Source of the DNA: Acinetobacter phage AC4
Sequence record: OL770262.1
Direction: 5' to 3' (one strand)
Length of the DNA: 24,000 nt
Every line of letters starts with the position of its first letter. Position 1 is the stretch's first letter. The notes below the pieces were generated by a model that was given only the letters and a program-made list of their open reading frames with translations, searched no databases and was not told the origin of the DNA. The position numbers and the translations under genes are program-made. Positions 7,889 through 17,062 of this stretch are shown piece by piece.

Positions 7889-8696
7889 TGTATACCTCGT
7901 AAAATTTTTCATCTGGAGTCCACCCTTTTTCAAATTCTTCAAAAATTCTACTATATAGGCGACTTCCACTAGTAATACCATTGAGATCTTTCCAGTATTT
8001 AATTGGATTTTCAAATGTCTCAATATTGTGTAAGTATATTTTAACATACCAATCATAGAAAATTGGTATTGCTTTAACTATTTGTGCGTATATAGGCAAA
8101 GAATTCTTGTGATACCAAGGCCTAGCCTTCTTTTTAGCAGCGGCCGCTTTAGTGGCATTAGTAGTATTTCCTACACCTTTTAATCCTAATTCCTTTATTT
8201 TAGGATCATCGACAAATAAAGAGTATGTATTACCTTCGTCATCCTTAAAGCATGTCTTGCCTTTGATCCCAGCCATCTTTCTTCCGAAATTGACTCCCTT
8301 CCATATTGATCTATCAACAGAATCAACATCATGTATTCCAAATTCTCCAGTCTCAATATTTTTGAGCACCGTTTTATTTGTCATATATTCTTTTGACCAT
8401 TCTGAAATGGCCTTTGAATGGGCCTCTCTTGCAAATGCGTAAGTCCTAGATGAGCATTTTCGATCTACTCCAGAATTGCTCATTCTACCTAGTGCAAATG
8501 CCATCTGGCTATTTCTGTGAATTTTATATAGTAGCACATGAGCTAAATAATGTTCACGATAAGTCAAATGAACCAAATTAGATTTGTCATCAGATCCTCC
8601 CATAGAATGAGGAACAATATGGTGCCACTCTCCTTTATCAATAGAGCGATGTCTCGCTCTATCAATTAATTCATCATATATTCGTTGATAGTTCAT
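7860..8696 (-). CDS. HNH homing endonuclease-like protein between genes 39 and 60
   Basis: 278 aa; N-terminal WHHIVPHSMGGSDDKSNLVHLTYREHYLAH; position equivalent to T4 mobA; ATGA overlap with gene 39; 3' end overlaps the gene 60 start. Confidence 0.9.
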   Translation of the reverse strand: MNYQRIYDELIDRARHRSIDKGEWHHIVPHSMGGSDDKSNLVHLTYREHYLAHVLLYKIHRNSQMAFALGRMSNSGVDRKCSSRTYAFAREAHSKAISEWSKEYMTNKTVLKNIETGEFGIHDVDSVDRSIWKGVNFGRKMAGIKGKTCFKDDEGNTYSLFVDDPKIKELGLKGVGNTTNATKAAAAKKKARPWYHKNSLPIYAQIVKAIPIFYDWYVKIYLHNIETFENPIKYWKDLNGITSGSRLYSRIFEEFEKGWTPDEKFYEVYNEINSNRKN

Positions 8697-10225
8697 AACA
8701 AACTCTTAACTTTCATCCATTTTCCATCAACTTGGATTTCATCATTTTCATTAACGACGGTTCCATCTTCAAGAGTATACCATTTACCTTCTTCAGCATA
8801 TTCTCCAGCCTTTTCACCAATAGTTAATCCAGTGATTGCACAGATATCGAAAATTTCTTTGTTCTTGAGCATTTCTGCTGGTGTCATACCCCATGTATTC
8901 ATTACTTTACCACGTAATGGATAACCGCCATGAAGTTCACGATCACGAGTTGAAATTAAATAACCAATCGCAGAATCACCTTCTGTTAAAAATAATGTTG
9001 TCTCAACTGTGTCATCACCATATTTGTTAGCTTTAATATGTTTTGCAACTTTTGCCTTTGCAGCTTTCTTTGCAGCACGAGTGTTTGCAGCTTTTTCGGC
9101 AGCTAATAACTTTGCAAGAACTGCTTCAATGATAGGCATCAAAATAGATTCATTTGCAATAAGCATCCGAGACAATTTCTTGATGTCAATATCAATATGA
9201 GCTTTCACTTCACCCCATGGAGAAGTTAATCGTTCCTTTGTTTGTGAGTCAAATCGCATGTTTGGCATGTTCTTAATGAATAATAACATTGTCAAACATT
9301 CTTTGATACGTGCTTTATTGACTTCAACTTTATGGCGTCGTTTGATTTGCGGAATCAATTCATTTGTCAATTCATCGATCACATAATCAATATGAGAACC
9401 ACCAACCTTTGTGTGGATTGCATTGACAAATGACAAGTGTCTGAATCCATCATCTGAACGCCCAATAGCTAATTGAACATTGTCCGTTTCCACGATGATT
9501 GCATCTTCATCATACATTTTAGCGTATTTTTTGAAGTTTCCAAGTACTCGAACGTTGTTGAATTTGAATTGGATGTCTGGGTAAATAACCGCTAAGATTT
9601 GTAGACGATCCTCAACAATTTGTTCGATCGTGCTATCTATACCATCACAATCAAGCAATGAGAAATCCGGTACAAATGATACTTCAGTACCTTGTTTTCC
9701 ACCTGCTTTTGTTTTCCAATCAATGTTTGACATGTTGTCTGAACATTTAACAACGATAGTATTTTCACCGTCACATGTTGTACCAATGAATTCTTTAGAG
9801 AAAATATTCGTTAATGAACTACCAACACCATTGAGACCTGCAGTTTTACGAGTTGCATCATCGCCAAAGTTGCCTCCAGCTTTAGTTCGAGTCCAACAAG
9901 CTACAGCACCAGGTAGTTGAGTGCCTTCTGGAGTAGTAATCATTGCCTGTGGAATACCACGTCCATTGTCTTTAACTGTAATTTGATTGCCTGAAATTTT
10001 GACTTCAATTTTATTTGCAAATGCAAAATCAGTTCGAATTGCTTCATCTAATGAATTATCAATAATCTCATCAATAATTTTGACTAAAGCCGGAACATAT
10101 TTAAGTGTTTGAAATTTGCCAAACAAAAACCGATCATGGTTTTCTGATGTTGTAGAACCAACATACATGCCTGGACGCTTTAACACATGTTCACGATCAG
10201 ATAACATTTTAATTTCAGTGCTCAT
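8693..10225 (-). CDS. 39: DNA topoisomerase II large subunit, ATPase part (T4 gp39)
   Basis: 510 aa; KRPGMYVGSTTSENHDRF, IDEIIDNSLDEA, VKDNGRGIP, GLNGVGSSLTNIFS, LTEGDSAIGYL. Confidence 0.96.
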   Translation of the reverse strand: MSTEIKMLSDREHVLKRPGMYVGSTTSENHDRFLFGKFQTLKYVPALVKIIDEIIDNSLDEAIRTDFAFANKIEVKISGNQITVKDNGRGIPQAMITTPEGTQLPGAVACWTRTKAGGNFGDDATRKTAGLNGVGSSLTNIFSKEFIGTTCDGENTIVVKCSDNMSNIDWKTKAGGKQGTEVSFVPDFSLLDCDGIDSTIEQIVEDRLQILAVIYPDIQFKFNNVRVLGNFKKYAKMYDEDAIIVETDNVQLAIGRSDDGFRHLSFVNAIHTKVGGSHIDYVIDELTNELIPQIKRRHKVEVNKARIKECLTMLLFIKNMPNMRFDSQTKERLTSPWGEVKAHIDIDIKKLSRMLIANESILMPIIEAVLAKLLAAEKAANTRAAKKAAKAKVAKHIKANKYGDDTVETTLFLTEGDSAIGYLISTRDRELHGGYPLRGKVMNTWGMTPAEMLKNKEIFDICAITGLTIGEKAGEYAEEGKWYTLEDGTVVNENDEIQVDGKWMKVKSLL

Positions 10226-10280
10226 CGCAACTCCAACGTAATTAGGTTATTGAAAATTATAATTCAATAATGTTAAAGCA

Positions 10281-10300
10281 AAGGGAGCTAATGCTCCCTT
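10281..10300 (-). terminator. Hairpin AAGGGAGC-ATTA-GCTCCCTT
   Basis: Perfect 8-bp stem between the lysozyme gene and gene 39. Confidence 0.65.
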
Positions 10301-10303
10301 AAA

Positions 10304-10870
10304 TTATTGTTCAAAGTACTTCTTCTCGGCTTTACGTCTATTTGTTAGACCTGGAATAACTTGTAAGACACCTTTAACTCTGCCCTTATTCCATACCAAG
10401 AACTGATCTGCTGCACCTGCATAATCTTTCGCATTCAACTTCTTCAACAATGTTGACCCAGCGAATGCGGTTTCACCAATATTGTATACTAATGAGACTA
10501 ATGCATCAAATTGTGTCTGTTTTAAAGGAACAGTCACAAGTTTATTAACAGCTCTGACGAATTTTTGGAGATCGTTCTTCATATACGCTTTAGCTTGAGC
10601 TTCAGTGCATGTATCGCCTTTCTTAACAGCAACGCCATTAGGGTAGCGAGTCGTCCCGTATCCGATAGTCCAAACACCCACACTATCAGGATAAGCCGAA
10701 GTTCTAAGCCCCTCAAATTGTCTAATCAAATCAACGCCAAGATCTGAAATATTTACTTCACTCGGCGCTAATGTATTGTTGATTACTTTATTAAGTTCAT
10801 CGACTTGAGCTTGTGTCAATTTTCCGCCAGCTATTTCACGAGCTGCATCAAAAAATGGCTTAACATCCAT
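10304..10870 (-). CDS. GH24 lysozyme / endolysin
   Basis: LIRQFEGLRTSAYPDSVGVWTIGYGTT catalytic region, C-terminal NRRKAE. Confidence 0.93.
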   Translation of the reverse strand: MDVKPFFDAAREIAGGKLTQAQVDELNKVINNTLAPSEVNISDLGVDLIRQFEGLRTSAYPDSVGVWTIGYGTTRYPNGVAVKKGDTCTEAQAKAYMKNDLQKFVRAVNKLVTVPLKQTQFDALVSLVYNIGETAFAGSTLLKKLNAKDYAGAADQFLVWNKGRVKGVLQVIPGLTNRRKAEKKYFEQ

Positions 10871-10909
10871 AATACTTTCCCATAGTTAAAGAAAGTATTT
10901 ATGATATGT

Positions 10910-11314
10910 TTATGCTATAGCAGAATAAGCTCCTTCAATTGCCAATCTTTGATGTAATCGTGGAAATTGAATAATGTTGTCAGGAATAGCAGATGCAGAA
11001 CTATGCGGATGAATTATCGGTATCTGAGCTTCAGCCGCTACCGGTGCAATAGGTGCAAAATATTTAATGCACTCTGCTCGAATATAACACTCTTCTACAC
11101 GCATGCCATTAATGCTCGCAGAGTAAACATTACCCATAGCTGAACGATGAACACTTAGTGTTCGACTTTGGTCGCCTGAATTAAGTAGTTTCATCATCAA
11201 CGAAAAATAATATCCTGGTAATTCCACATTACCCTCTTTAGTTTTGAGATCCTCTGTTGATAGACCTTTAGAATCTATCAACAAGTATTCTGCACCTGTT
11301 TCAAAACCTTTCAT
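10910..11314 (-). CDS. Hypothetical protein (134 aa)
   Basis: ORF, start moved to 11314 after AAGGAGAACACGATG. Confidence 0.7.
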   Translation of the reverse strand: MKGFETGAEYLLIDSKGLSTEDLKTKEGNVELPGYYFSLMMKLLNSGDQSRTLSVHRSAMGNVYSASINGMRVEECYIRAECIKYFAPIAPVAAEAQIPIIHPHSSASAIPDNIIQFPRLHQRLAIEGAYSAIA

Positions 11315-11324
11315 CGTGTTCTCC

Positions 11325-11567
11325 TTAAACTTCTTTGAAAATTCGAGTGCCATTTGCAGTAATTTCTTTGATTGCTACGAAATCGATTTCGTTGTCTTTG
11401 ATGACGAAAAGAACTTGATTGGTTTCAAGATGATTGTGAAAATGTTTCTCAACAACAGTTAATTCAGGGTTAGTGAGAATTGCATCAAATTCAGCTTGAG
11501 AGATAGCAGTTGTATTTGCAGGTTTAGGCATTTTATTAACTTTTGCGATAAGAGCTTGTTTGTTCAT
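11325..11567 (-). CDS. Hypothetical protein (80 aa)
   Basis: ORF with TTGAGGAAATTATCATG leader and upstream promoter. Confidence 0.75.
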   Translation of the reverse strand: MNKQALIAKVNKMPKPANTTAISQAEFDAILTNPELTVVEKHFHNHLETNQVLFVIKDNEIDFVAIKEITANGTRIFKEV

Positions 11568-11591
11568 GATAATTTCCTCAATTTGATTAAT

Positions 11592-11635
11592 GATTTGATA
11601 TGTCTATTATAACAACAATGGCCCAAGATGTAAAC
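11592..11635 (-). promoter_or_regulatory. Early-type promoter
   Basis: GTTTAC (11635..11630), 18 nt, TATAAT (11611..11606), AGAC, ATATCAAATC. Confidence 0.75.
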
Positions 11636-11662
11636 ATCCAAGGCCATATATTTTTGATTTTT

Positions 11663-12322
11663 TTACACTGTAAATGGGTCAATATCTTCAGGTGCAGGAA
11701 TTTCTTCTAACTGCAATGCGTATCGCTGTGCCATTTTGAGCATGATAACATCTTTTGCGCAGTCGTGAATTGAGTCGTGATGCACAAAGCCATCAAGAAT
11801 TCCTTTACGCAAAGGCGTCTTGCTCATTCCACGGACTAATGAATACGCTTCAATTGCAGTTCGAATGTCACGTTGACAATGAAACTTGATCGGCTCAAGC
11901 TTATCTGTGTCATTCGTTTTAAATGTTTGACGAATCATATCAACAAAGATAGGAAAGTCAAAAGACATGCCTCTGCACCATCCTTGTGATTTCCATTGAT
12001 TGATTCCATTCTCTTTCAAGAATGCCAAAATCTGCGTAACAGCTTCTTCAACTGTGACATCATCCGACGAAGGCAATAGATTCTTTTTAGCCTCTGGTGA
12101 TTGTTCCATCCACCACTTTACCGTTGAAGGAGTAGTTGATCGTACGCCCTTTTGAGATTCAAGATTGAGTTTAAATCGTTTGCCGTTTTTGATGAGTTCA
12201 TCTAAAGGCTGCATGACTTTAGGGTCCGGATCAAAAATGAGAATTGACACATCTACTACAATACAATCAGGCTTGTTGCCTAAAGTTTCTAAGTCAATAA
12301 TAAAATCGTTATACTTCGCCAT
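11663..12322 (-). CDS. dexA: Exonuclease A (DexA-like, DEDD exonuclease)
   Basis: FIIDLETLGNKPDCIVVDVSILIFDP, KSQGWCRGMSFDFPIF, HDSIHDCAKDVIM. Confidence 0.93.
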   Translation of the reverse strand: MAKYNDFIIDLETLGNKPDCIVVDVSILIFDPDPKVMQPLDELIKNGKRFKLNLESQKGVRSTTPSTVKWWMEQSPEAKKNLLPSSDDVTVEEAVTQILAFLKENGINQWKSQGWCRGMSFDFPIFVDMIRQTFKTNDTDKLEPIKFHCQRDIRTAIEAYSLVRGMSKTPLRKGILDGFVHHDSIHDCAKDVIMLKMAQRYALQLEEIPAPEDIDPFTV

Positions 12323-12668
12323 TGATATACACCCAATCAGTAATTAAAGTTCTAATGTCTGCAAGAATTTGCATATCGACATCGATATGTGTTATAGATT
12401 TAGAGCAAACGTAATCAGTATGTTCGTTTGCCCAATTTGCAATATCTAAACCTGTTCTTCGTAAACGCTCAAGATGCCCTTTAATTTTGAAATGCAAGGA
12501 ATCTTCTGTGATACCTTCACCATAACGATTACACAATACAGCCTGTGATGCCGCATCCTTTCTAAATGTGTATTCAGAAAATGTTTTAACATCTATTGCA
12601 CTCAAACTACCGTACAATGCATTTAACATTTCTACTGGTACGCTTAATGTTCCTTTGCTATTAGCCAT
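12309..12668 (-). CDS. Hypothetical protein (119 aa)
   Basis: Overlapping operonic ORF. Confidence 0.7.
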   Translation of the reverse strand: MANSKGTLSVPVEMLNALYGSLSAIDVKTFSEYTFRKDAASQAVLCNRYGEGITEDSLHFKIKGHLERLRRTGLDIANWANEHTDYVCSKSITHIDVDMQILADIRTLITDWVYINGEV

Positions 12669-12996
12669 TTTGCTTCGCCCTTATTTTCAATACATCATGC
12701 AAAATGACTACTTCGTTGTACTGGCTCAATGCAGATTCAGGAACATATACTTTAATAGGATCATCTACGATTTCATTGACCATACGAGCATTATTGATCT
12801 TTTGTGATAGCGATTTGCTAAATTGATCAACCCATTGGTGAACACGAACACCCATGCTGATGCATTGACTATTATAATAAGATTCGCCTTTAAGTCTAAT
12901 GATTGAGTCACGGACTTCTTCAATGTAATCGAGCAGTTGGACGGCTGCTTTAACTGTTAGTGCTATATCAGGTTGCATATTAAAACTCACTGGCAA
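12661..12996 (-). CDS. Hypothetical protein (111 aa)
   Basis: Overlapping operonic ORF. Confidence 0.65.
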   Translation of the reverse strand: MPVSFNMQPDIALTVKAAVQLLDYIEEVRDSIIRLKGESYYNSQCISMGVRVHQWVDQFSKSLSQKINNARMVNEIVDDPIKVYVPESALSQYNEVVILHDVLKIRAKQNG

Positions 12997-13133
12997 GTGG
13001 AATCCAAGTACATCAAATACAAAATCATTAATTGTTTGATTTGTTGCACATTTGGATCATTCATTTGTTCTTGATTCAGAGATTCAAACAACTTTAAATC
13101 AAGCTCTTCACTATATTCATCGTATGTCTTCAT
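12987..13133 (-). CDS. Small hypothetical protein (48 aa) MKTYDEYSEELDLKLFESLNQEQMNDPNVQQIKQLMILYLMYLDSTCQ
   Basis: Read manually; fills the gap between 12996 and 13133; not in the ORF track. Confidence 0.5.
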   Translation of the reverse strand: MKTYDEYSEELDLKLFESLNQEQMNDPNVQQIKQLMILYLMYLDSTCQ

Positions 13134-13375
13134 TATACCACAGCTTTAATAGAAGATTGATGTGCTAAAACAATAGAATTGATGTCCATTGCTAATGCAA
13201 ACGGAATTGTAACCGTTGAAGTAGGTTCACAGTGCATTAATGTCGAGTGAAGATTAAAGAATGGCTGAAATGCATAAAATGTATTTCTAGCAAAATCGTT
13301 TGCGTCTAAGCCGCTATCAATAACATGTCGAATCAATTCCATCAACCTAATCAAATCTTTCGCGGTTAAATTCAT
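13133..13375 (-). CDS. Hypothetical protein (80 aa)
   Basis: Operonic ORF. Confidence 0.65.
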   Translation of the reverse strand: MNLTAKDLIRLMELIRHVIDSGLDANDFARNTFYAFQPFFNLHSTLMHCEPTSTVTIPFALAMDINSIVLAHQSSIKAVV

Positions 13376-13386
13376 TTTTCATTTCC

Positions 13387-14745
13387 TTAAACGAAGTAAA
13401 CGTTATGTTTAGCGCGTGTTGCTCCAACATAAAGGAGTTGTTGTGCTAATGCCGGATCAGCGCGATGGATACATGGCGTGAACAAAAACACATTATCTAA
13501 AGTTGAACCTTGAGATTTGTGAATAGTTCCACATGGCAACGGCTTGACCTTATGAAACTGAGCCTTTAAATCCCACCATCCTTTCCAATTTGGTCGTTTG
13601 TCTCTGGCATTTTTAAATTCGCTTGCAGACTTTGACATGAAATATTGGAACTTGTTAAGTTCTTGTTCATCATGAATCACTTTGATCATATCAACTGCAT
13701 CTGAGTCTACACCTCGAATTTCGAGTTCCCAGACTTTAATCGAGTCTGAACCTTTAAAGCCCTTGATGAATAAGTTGACATATTTTTCACGACAGTTAAT
13801 AATTCTTACTAGTTCACCATTATTGAAAATAACTTCAGTAAATGTTTTGCCTTCAAATGTATGACTTCGCATCAATGGCTCTTGCATAACTAAGACTTCA
13901 TCTTTGATGTAAGGCACAGTAGTCTGATATAACTTTTTACGAATAATGTTATTCAAATCATTAACCGATTTATTAGTGAATGCTAACATTCGATTATCAA
14001 ATAGGTCATCAGGATCTTTGACGATTTCAAAGTACTTTGTTAAAAACGCAGCTACTGAGCCGCCATTAGATCGAACCATTGAATGAACACCTTGGCCATC
14101 CACAAGGTTCTCACGAATCCAACCGCCTTTACGAATTTCTGTTGCAACTTCGATAATTGGAGCATTTGAGCGCATAACTTCAGTCAATGAAACTTGTTGA
14201 AACTTGTCATTGAAGAAGAACGCAGAAAGTTCTGGTGTGGTAGAGTTAGGAGCTACAGGACGGATCTGCGCTATATCACCTAAGCCGATAATTGTACACC
14301 ATGGCGGAATAGATGCCATCAAAATCCGAAATAATTCGCGATCATACATTGAGACTTCATCGCAAATTAACACCCGACACTCCGATAGGTCTGGTGTATC
14401 TGATTGCTGAAAGACTGTAGAATCTTCATATGTGGTAGGATTAATCTTTAACAATGAATGAATTGTTGATGCTTCCATACCTGAAAGTTTTGCCAAAACT
14501 TTCTTTGCTTGGTGCGTAGGAGCTGCAAGCATTACACCCTTTTCACCACTCGAAATCAAATGATTGATCAAAAAGCGTGTAAGTGTAGTTTTACCTGTAC
14601 CTGCAGGCCCATTGATTGTAATATGTGGCTTTACTTCACATGATGAAGTCGTCGCCATCATAGATTTAGTTGAAATGACTTTGATTACTGCATCAAATGC
14701 GGCTCGTTGCCCTTCATTTAAATCTTCTAACTTCAAACCATTCAT
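13387..14745 (-). CDS. dda: Dda-like SF1 DNA helicase
   Basis: INGPAGTGKTTLTRFL (Walker A), RVLICDEVSMYDRELF (Walker B), GDIAQIRPV, TIHKSQGSTLDNVF, YVGATRAKHNVYFV. Confidence 0.95.
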   Translation of the reverse strand: MNGLKLEDLNEGQRAAFDAVIKVISTKSMMATTSSCEVKPHITINGPAGTGKTTLTRFLINHLISSGEKGVMLAAPTHQAKKVLAKLSGMEASTIHSLLKINPTTYEDSTVFQQSDTPDLSECRVLICDEVSMYDRELFRILMASIPPWCTIIGLGDIAQIRPVAPNSTTPELSAFFFNDKFQQVSLTEVMRSNAPIIEVATEIRKGGWIRENLVDGQGVHSMVRSNGGSVAAFLTKYFEIVKDPDDLFDNRMLAFTNKSVNDLNNIIRKKLYQTTVPYIKDEVLVMQEPLMRSHTFEGKTFTEVIFNNGELVRIINCREKYVNLFIKGFKGSDSIKVWELEIRGVDSDAVDMIKVIHDEQELNKFQYFMSKSASEFKNARDKRPNWKGWWDLKAQFHKVKPLPCGTIHKSQGSTLDNVFLFTPCIHRADPALAQQLLYVGATRAKHNVYFV

Positions 14746-14786
14746 AATCTTTAAACCATAAACATTTTCTAATATTATAAACTATG

Positions 14787-15083
14787 TCAAGCTACTTTAA
14801 CTTGCTTAACAAACATAGTCTTTAATTGCCGAGTCATGAGCTCACGAGCATAAGCCGGCACTTCAGGACGTTCAATTTCTTTGACAGTTTTGATGCCAAA
14901 TAGCTTGCGTTCAGCTTTGAACTCTTTAGTTGGGTTCAAGATATTAGTGATTTTATCTGCGTATTCTCGCATGCCTAAAGTTGCAGAGCGTTCATTTGGA
15001 AATATTTTGATGACACCTAATTCCGATAGTGCTTCATCAAATCCATCTTTGTCTTTATAAAATACCGCATAACCACTAATCAT
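14787..15083 (-). CDS. Hypothetical protein (98 aa)
   Basis: ORF. Confidence 0.7.
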   Translation of the reverse strand: MISGYAVFYKDKDGFDEALSELGVIKIFPNERSATLGMREYADKITNILNPTKEFKAERKLFGIKTVKEIERPEVPAYARELMTRQLKTMFVKQVKVA

Positions 15084-15445
15084 TTTGAATCTCCAAATTG
15101 CTCTACACCCTTTAATGTAACTTTGAAGTGCTCACGAATTTGTTCTTCAACTTGCTTACGGCATTCAGATAAAACCATGTCTTCGATGATCGATCGCTTT
15201 GTGGTCAACCAGCCGTCATCTCTATTGATTATGCTGTTAAGGTATTGTTGGATGATTGCATTTACTTGTTTTTCGATGAATCTCTCAAGATTATATGCTG
15301 CAAACAATTTGTGTACCCGAGATTCAACTTGTTCTTTGAGAACCTCTCGATATAGTTGTAACATATCATCTTTATTAATTCCATTGCCTGCAATGAGATT
15401 TTTGATATGACGTTTTACAGATTCAATGTTAAATTCCTCAGTCAT
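15080..15445 (-). CDS. Hypothetical protein (121 aa)
   Basis: ORF overlapping the previous one. Confidence 0.7.
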   Translation of the reverse strand: MTEEFNIESVKRHIKNLIAGNGINKDDMLQLYREVLKEQVESRVHKLFAAYNLERFIEKQVNAIIQQYLNSIINRDDGWLTTKRSIIEDMVLSECRKQVEEQIREHFKVTLKGVEQFGDSK

Positions 15446-15446
15446 G

Positions 15447-15869
15447 TTACTCTCCCAACATTTCGTTTACTTTGATGAATAGATCGCCAGTCTTTCCACC
15501 ATTTTTATCAGGGTGAATAGCAAATCTAATTCGTTTAAGTTCTGCCATAGAAAACTCATCTTTTCCTACAGGCTTTTGATCCCTTTTGAGAATATCTTCA
15601 AAGTTTGCCTTTGAAGTAAACTCTCTAGCTTTCAGTTTTACAACAAGCTCATATTCTTTTAGAAGCTTGTTGTAATCATCCACATTCATGTTATGTTTCT
15701 TTTCTAAGCGAAGATACAGATCCTTGAGCCTATTTCTATTGTTGACTACATCATTGTAGTCGTACACAAGCTCTTTGTACTTTCTATGAAATATTGTGTA
15801 TTGGTTGTAGAAGTGCAAGAAGCCTGCATATCCACCCATCATCAACAGAAAAATTACCAAGAAGTCCAT
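15447..15869 (-). CDS. Membrane-anchored J-domain-like protein (140 aa)
   Basis: Start moved to 15869 after TGAGGAAATTAGAATG. N-terminal TM (MDFLVIFLLMMGGYAGFLHFY), coiled-coil centre, C-terminal LKRIRFAIHPDKNGGKTGDLFIKVNEML with HPD motif. Confidence 0.75.
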   Translation of the reverse strand: MDFLVIFLLMMGGYAGFLHFYNQYTIFHRKYKELVYDYNDVVNNRNRLKDLYLRLEKKHNMNVDDYNKLLKEYELVVKLKAREFTSKANFEDILKRDQKPVGKDEFSMAELKRIRFAIHPDKNGGKTGDLFIKVNEMLGE

Positions 15870-15879
15870 TCTAATTTCC

Positions 15880-16833
15880 TCAGATCTTGTTAATAAGACA
15901 ATTATAACCAACTTTATGTTTAAGCAACTTATATGTTGGTGTACTTAAAGGTAATCCTAATTTGATGCGTGCTTTATCACCATCTGATAAGTTTTCAAAC
16001 TTGATTAATGCAGGCTTGATGATAGTTTTGAGTCTATGCATATTGTAATAGATTTTTTCTAATTCGTTTTTCAATCTACTGATAGCATTTTCATGATATG
16101 AAATTTCATTAGTTGCGGCTTTAAACTCGATCGGTTTAAGATTAAGTGTTTCACCATTACTTGTTGCACAATTTTTGTAGAACTTGTTCAACGCTTTAGC
16201 CGATGCAAGTAAAGCCGATTTCAGCGACTCTGCCTTTTCAGTATGCACAGTTAAAAGACGATTAATCTTTTTAGCTTTAGCTTTTCCTACAGGTTGTCCA
16301 TTTTTTGCGATCAATGTAGCTTCAGTTTCTCTAATTAATGCAATACGACGTTCATACGAAGCTTTAGTGTTTTCATGAACTTCTAATAACTTTTTCCAGC
16401 GTGGCAGATGCTTAGGATGAATCTTAGGCTTATTGTACTCTTTGTTCACTGCATCTTTGAGTGCATTAGCTGCAGTAATAGTACCTATTGCAATAGAATG
16501 AAATGTTACTTCTGCTTCTTTGGTGATAGCCATTGAATTCAATTCATTAATACGAGCATCGATTGTAGCAGAAGTTAGATCACTGCGTAAAGTGTTTAAT
16601 TCACGTCGTACCGGAATAACATTACCGTCAATATAACCAATGGTATTATCAATACGTTCTAATGACATAGACGCGGTTTCATTTTCTTCAAAGGGCATAC
16701 CGGAATATGCGCATAGTGTTTGATGTTTAATATTAGCAAATGTAGACAATGACATATCAAATTTGATACCACGTAATTTAGCATTCTTAGCTTTGTTTAC
16801 GAAACATTCCGCAATTTTGATGTTAGAGATCAT
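15880..16833 (-). CDS. HNH-like nuclease domain with long helical C-terminus (317 aa)
   Basis: CAYSGMPFEENETASMSLERIDNTIGYIDGNVIPVRRELNTLRSD resembles phage HNH cores (S.DRIDN..GY..GNV...C...N..K). Confidence 0.7.
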   Translation of the reverse strand: MISNIKIAECFVNKAKNAKLRGIKFDMSLSTFANIKHQTLCAYSGMPFEENETASMSLERIDNTIGYIDGNVIPVRRELNTLRSDLTSATIDARINELNSMAITKEAEVTFHSIAIGTITAANALKDAVNKEYNKPKIHPKHLPRWKKLLEVHENTKASYERRIALIRETEATLIAKNGQPVGKAKAKKINRLLTVHTEKAESLKSALLASAKALNKFYKNCATSNGETLNLKPIEFKAATNEISYHENAISRLKNELEKIYYNMHRLKTIIKPALIKFENLSDGDKARIKLGLPLSTPTYKLLKHKVGYNCLINKI

Positions 16834-16925
16834 TTCGATGCTCCTTTTGACATTGATGAACGTTCACAAAGATAGATAATTGCAAGAGTAGCAAAGAACG
16901 CCAAAATAAAAATTGAAAATGTCAT
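16830..16925 (-). CDS. 31-aa membrane peptide MTFSIFILAFFATLAIIYLCERSSMSKGASK
   Basis: Read manually; leader TGAGTAAATTAATATG, ATGA overlap with the HNH-like gene, promoter upstream. Not in the ORF track. Confidence 0.6.
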   Translation of the reverse strand: MTFSIFILAFFATLAIIYLCERSSMSKGASK

Positions 16926-16941
16926 ATTAATTTACTCATTT

Positions 16942-16984
16942 AGTTGATAGGACTATAGTATCAAACTATGTCTTAGATGTAAAT
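16942..16984 (-). promoter_or_regulatory. Early-type promoter variant
   Basis: ATTTAC (16984..16979), 18 nt, TACTAT (16960..16955), AGTC, CTATCAACTA. Confidence 0.55.
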
Positions 16985-17017
16985 AGCCTGTGTGATTAAA
17001 TTTTGATCATGTAAATG

Positions 17018-17035
17018 TAAAGCACGCGTGCTTTA
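17018..17035. repeat. Perfect 18-bp palindrome TAAAGCACGCGTGCTTTA
   Basis: Self-complementary by direct reading; overlaps the first MotA-like box. Confidence 0.9.
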
Positions 17036-17062
17036 TAAAATTTTGATGGTATAATGGTTCTA
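17029..17062 (+). promoter_or_regulatory. Putative T4-type middle promoter, copy 1
   Basis: TGCTTTA (17029..17035) centred about -30 from a predicted start at 17062; extended -10 TGGTATAAT (TATAAT 17050..17055). Confidence 0.5.

Noticed and set aside
8693-10225. C-terminally truncated or degenerate gyrB
   Set aside because: The end of gene 39 and the start of gene 60 fit the known T4 split architecture; the two parts together form the large subunit.
10304-10870. Lysozyme near topoisomerase genes as an unusual fusion or cassette
   Set aside because: It is a separate ORF with its own terminator; phage endolysin gene position varies, so nothing beyond local rearrangement is indicated.
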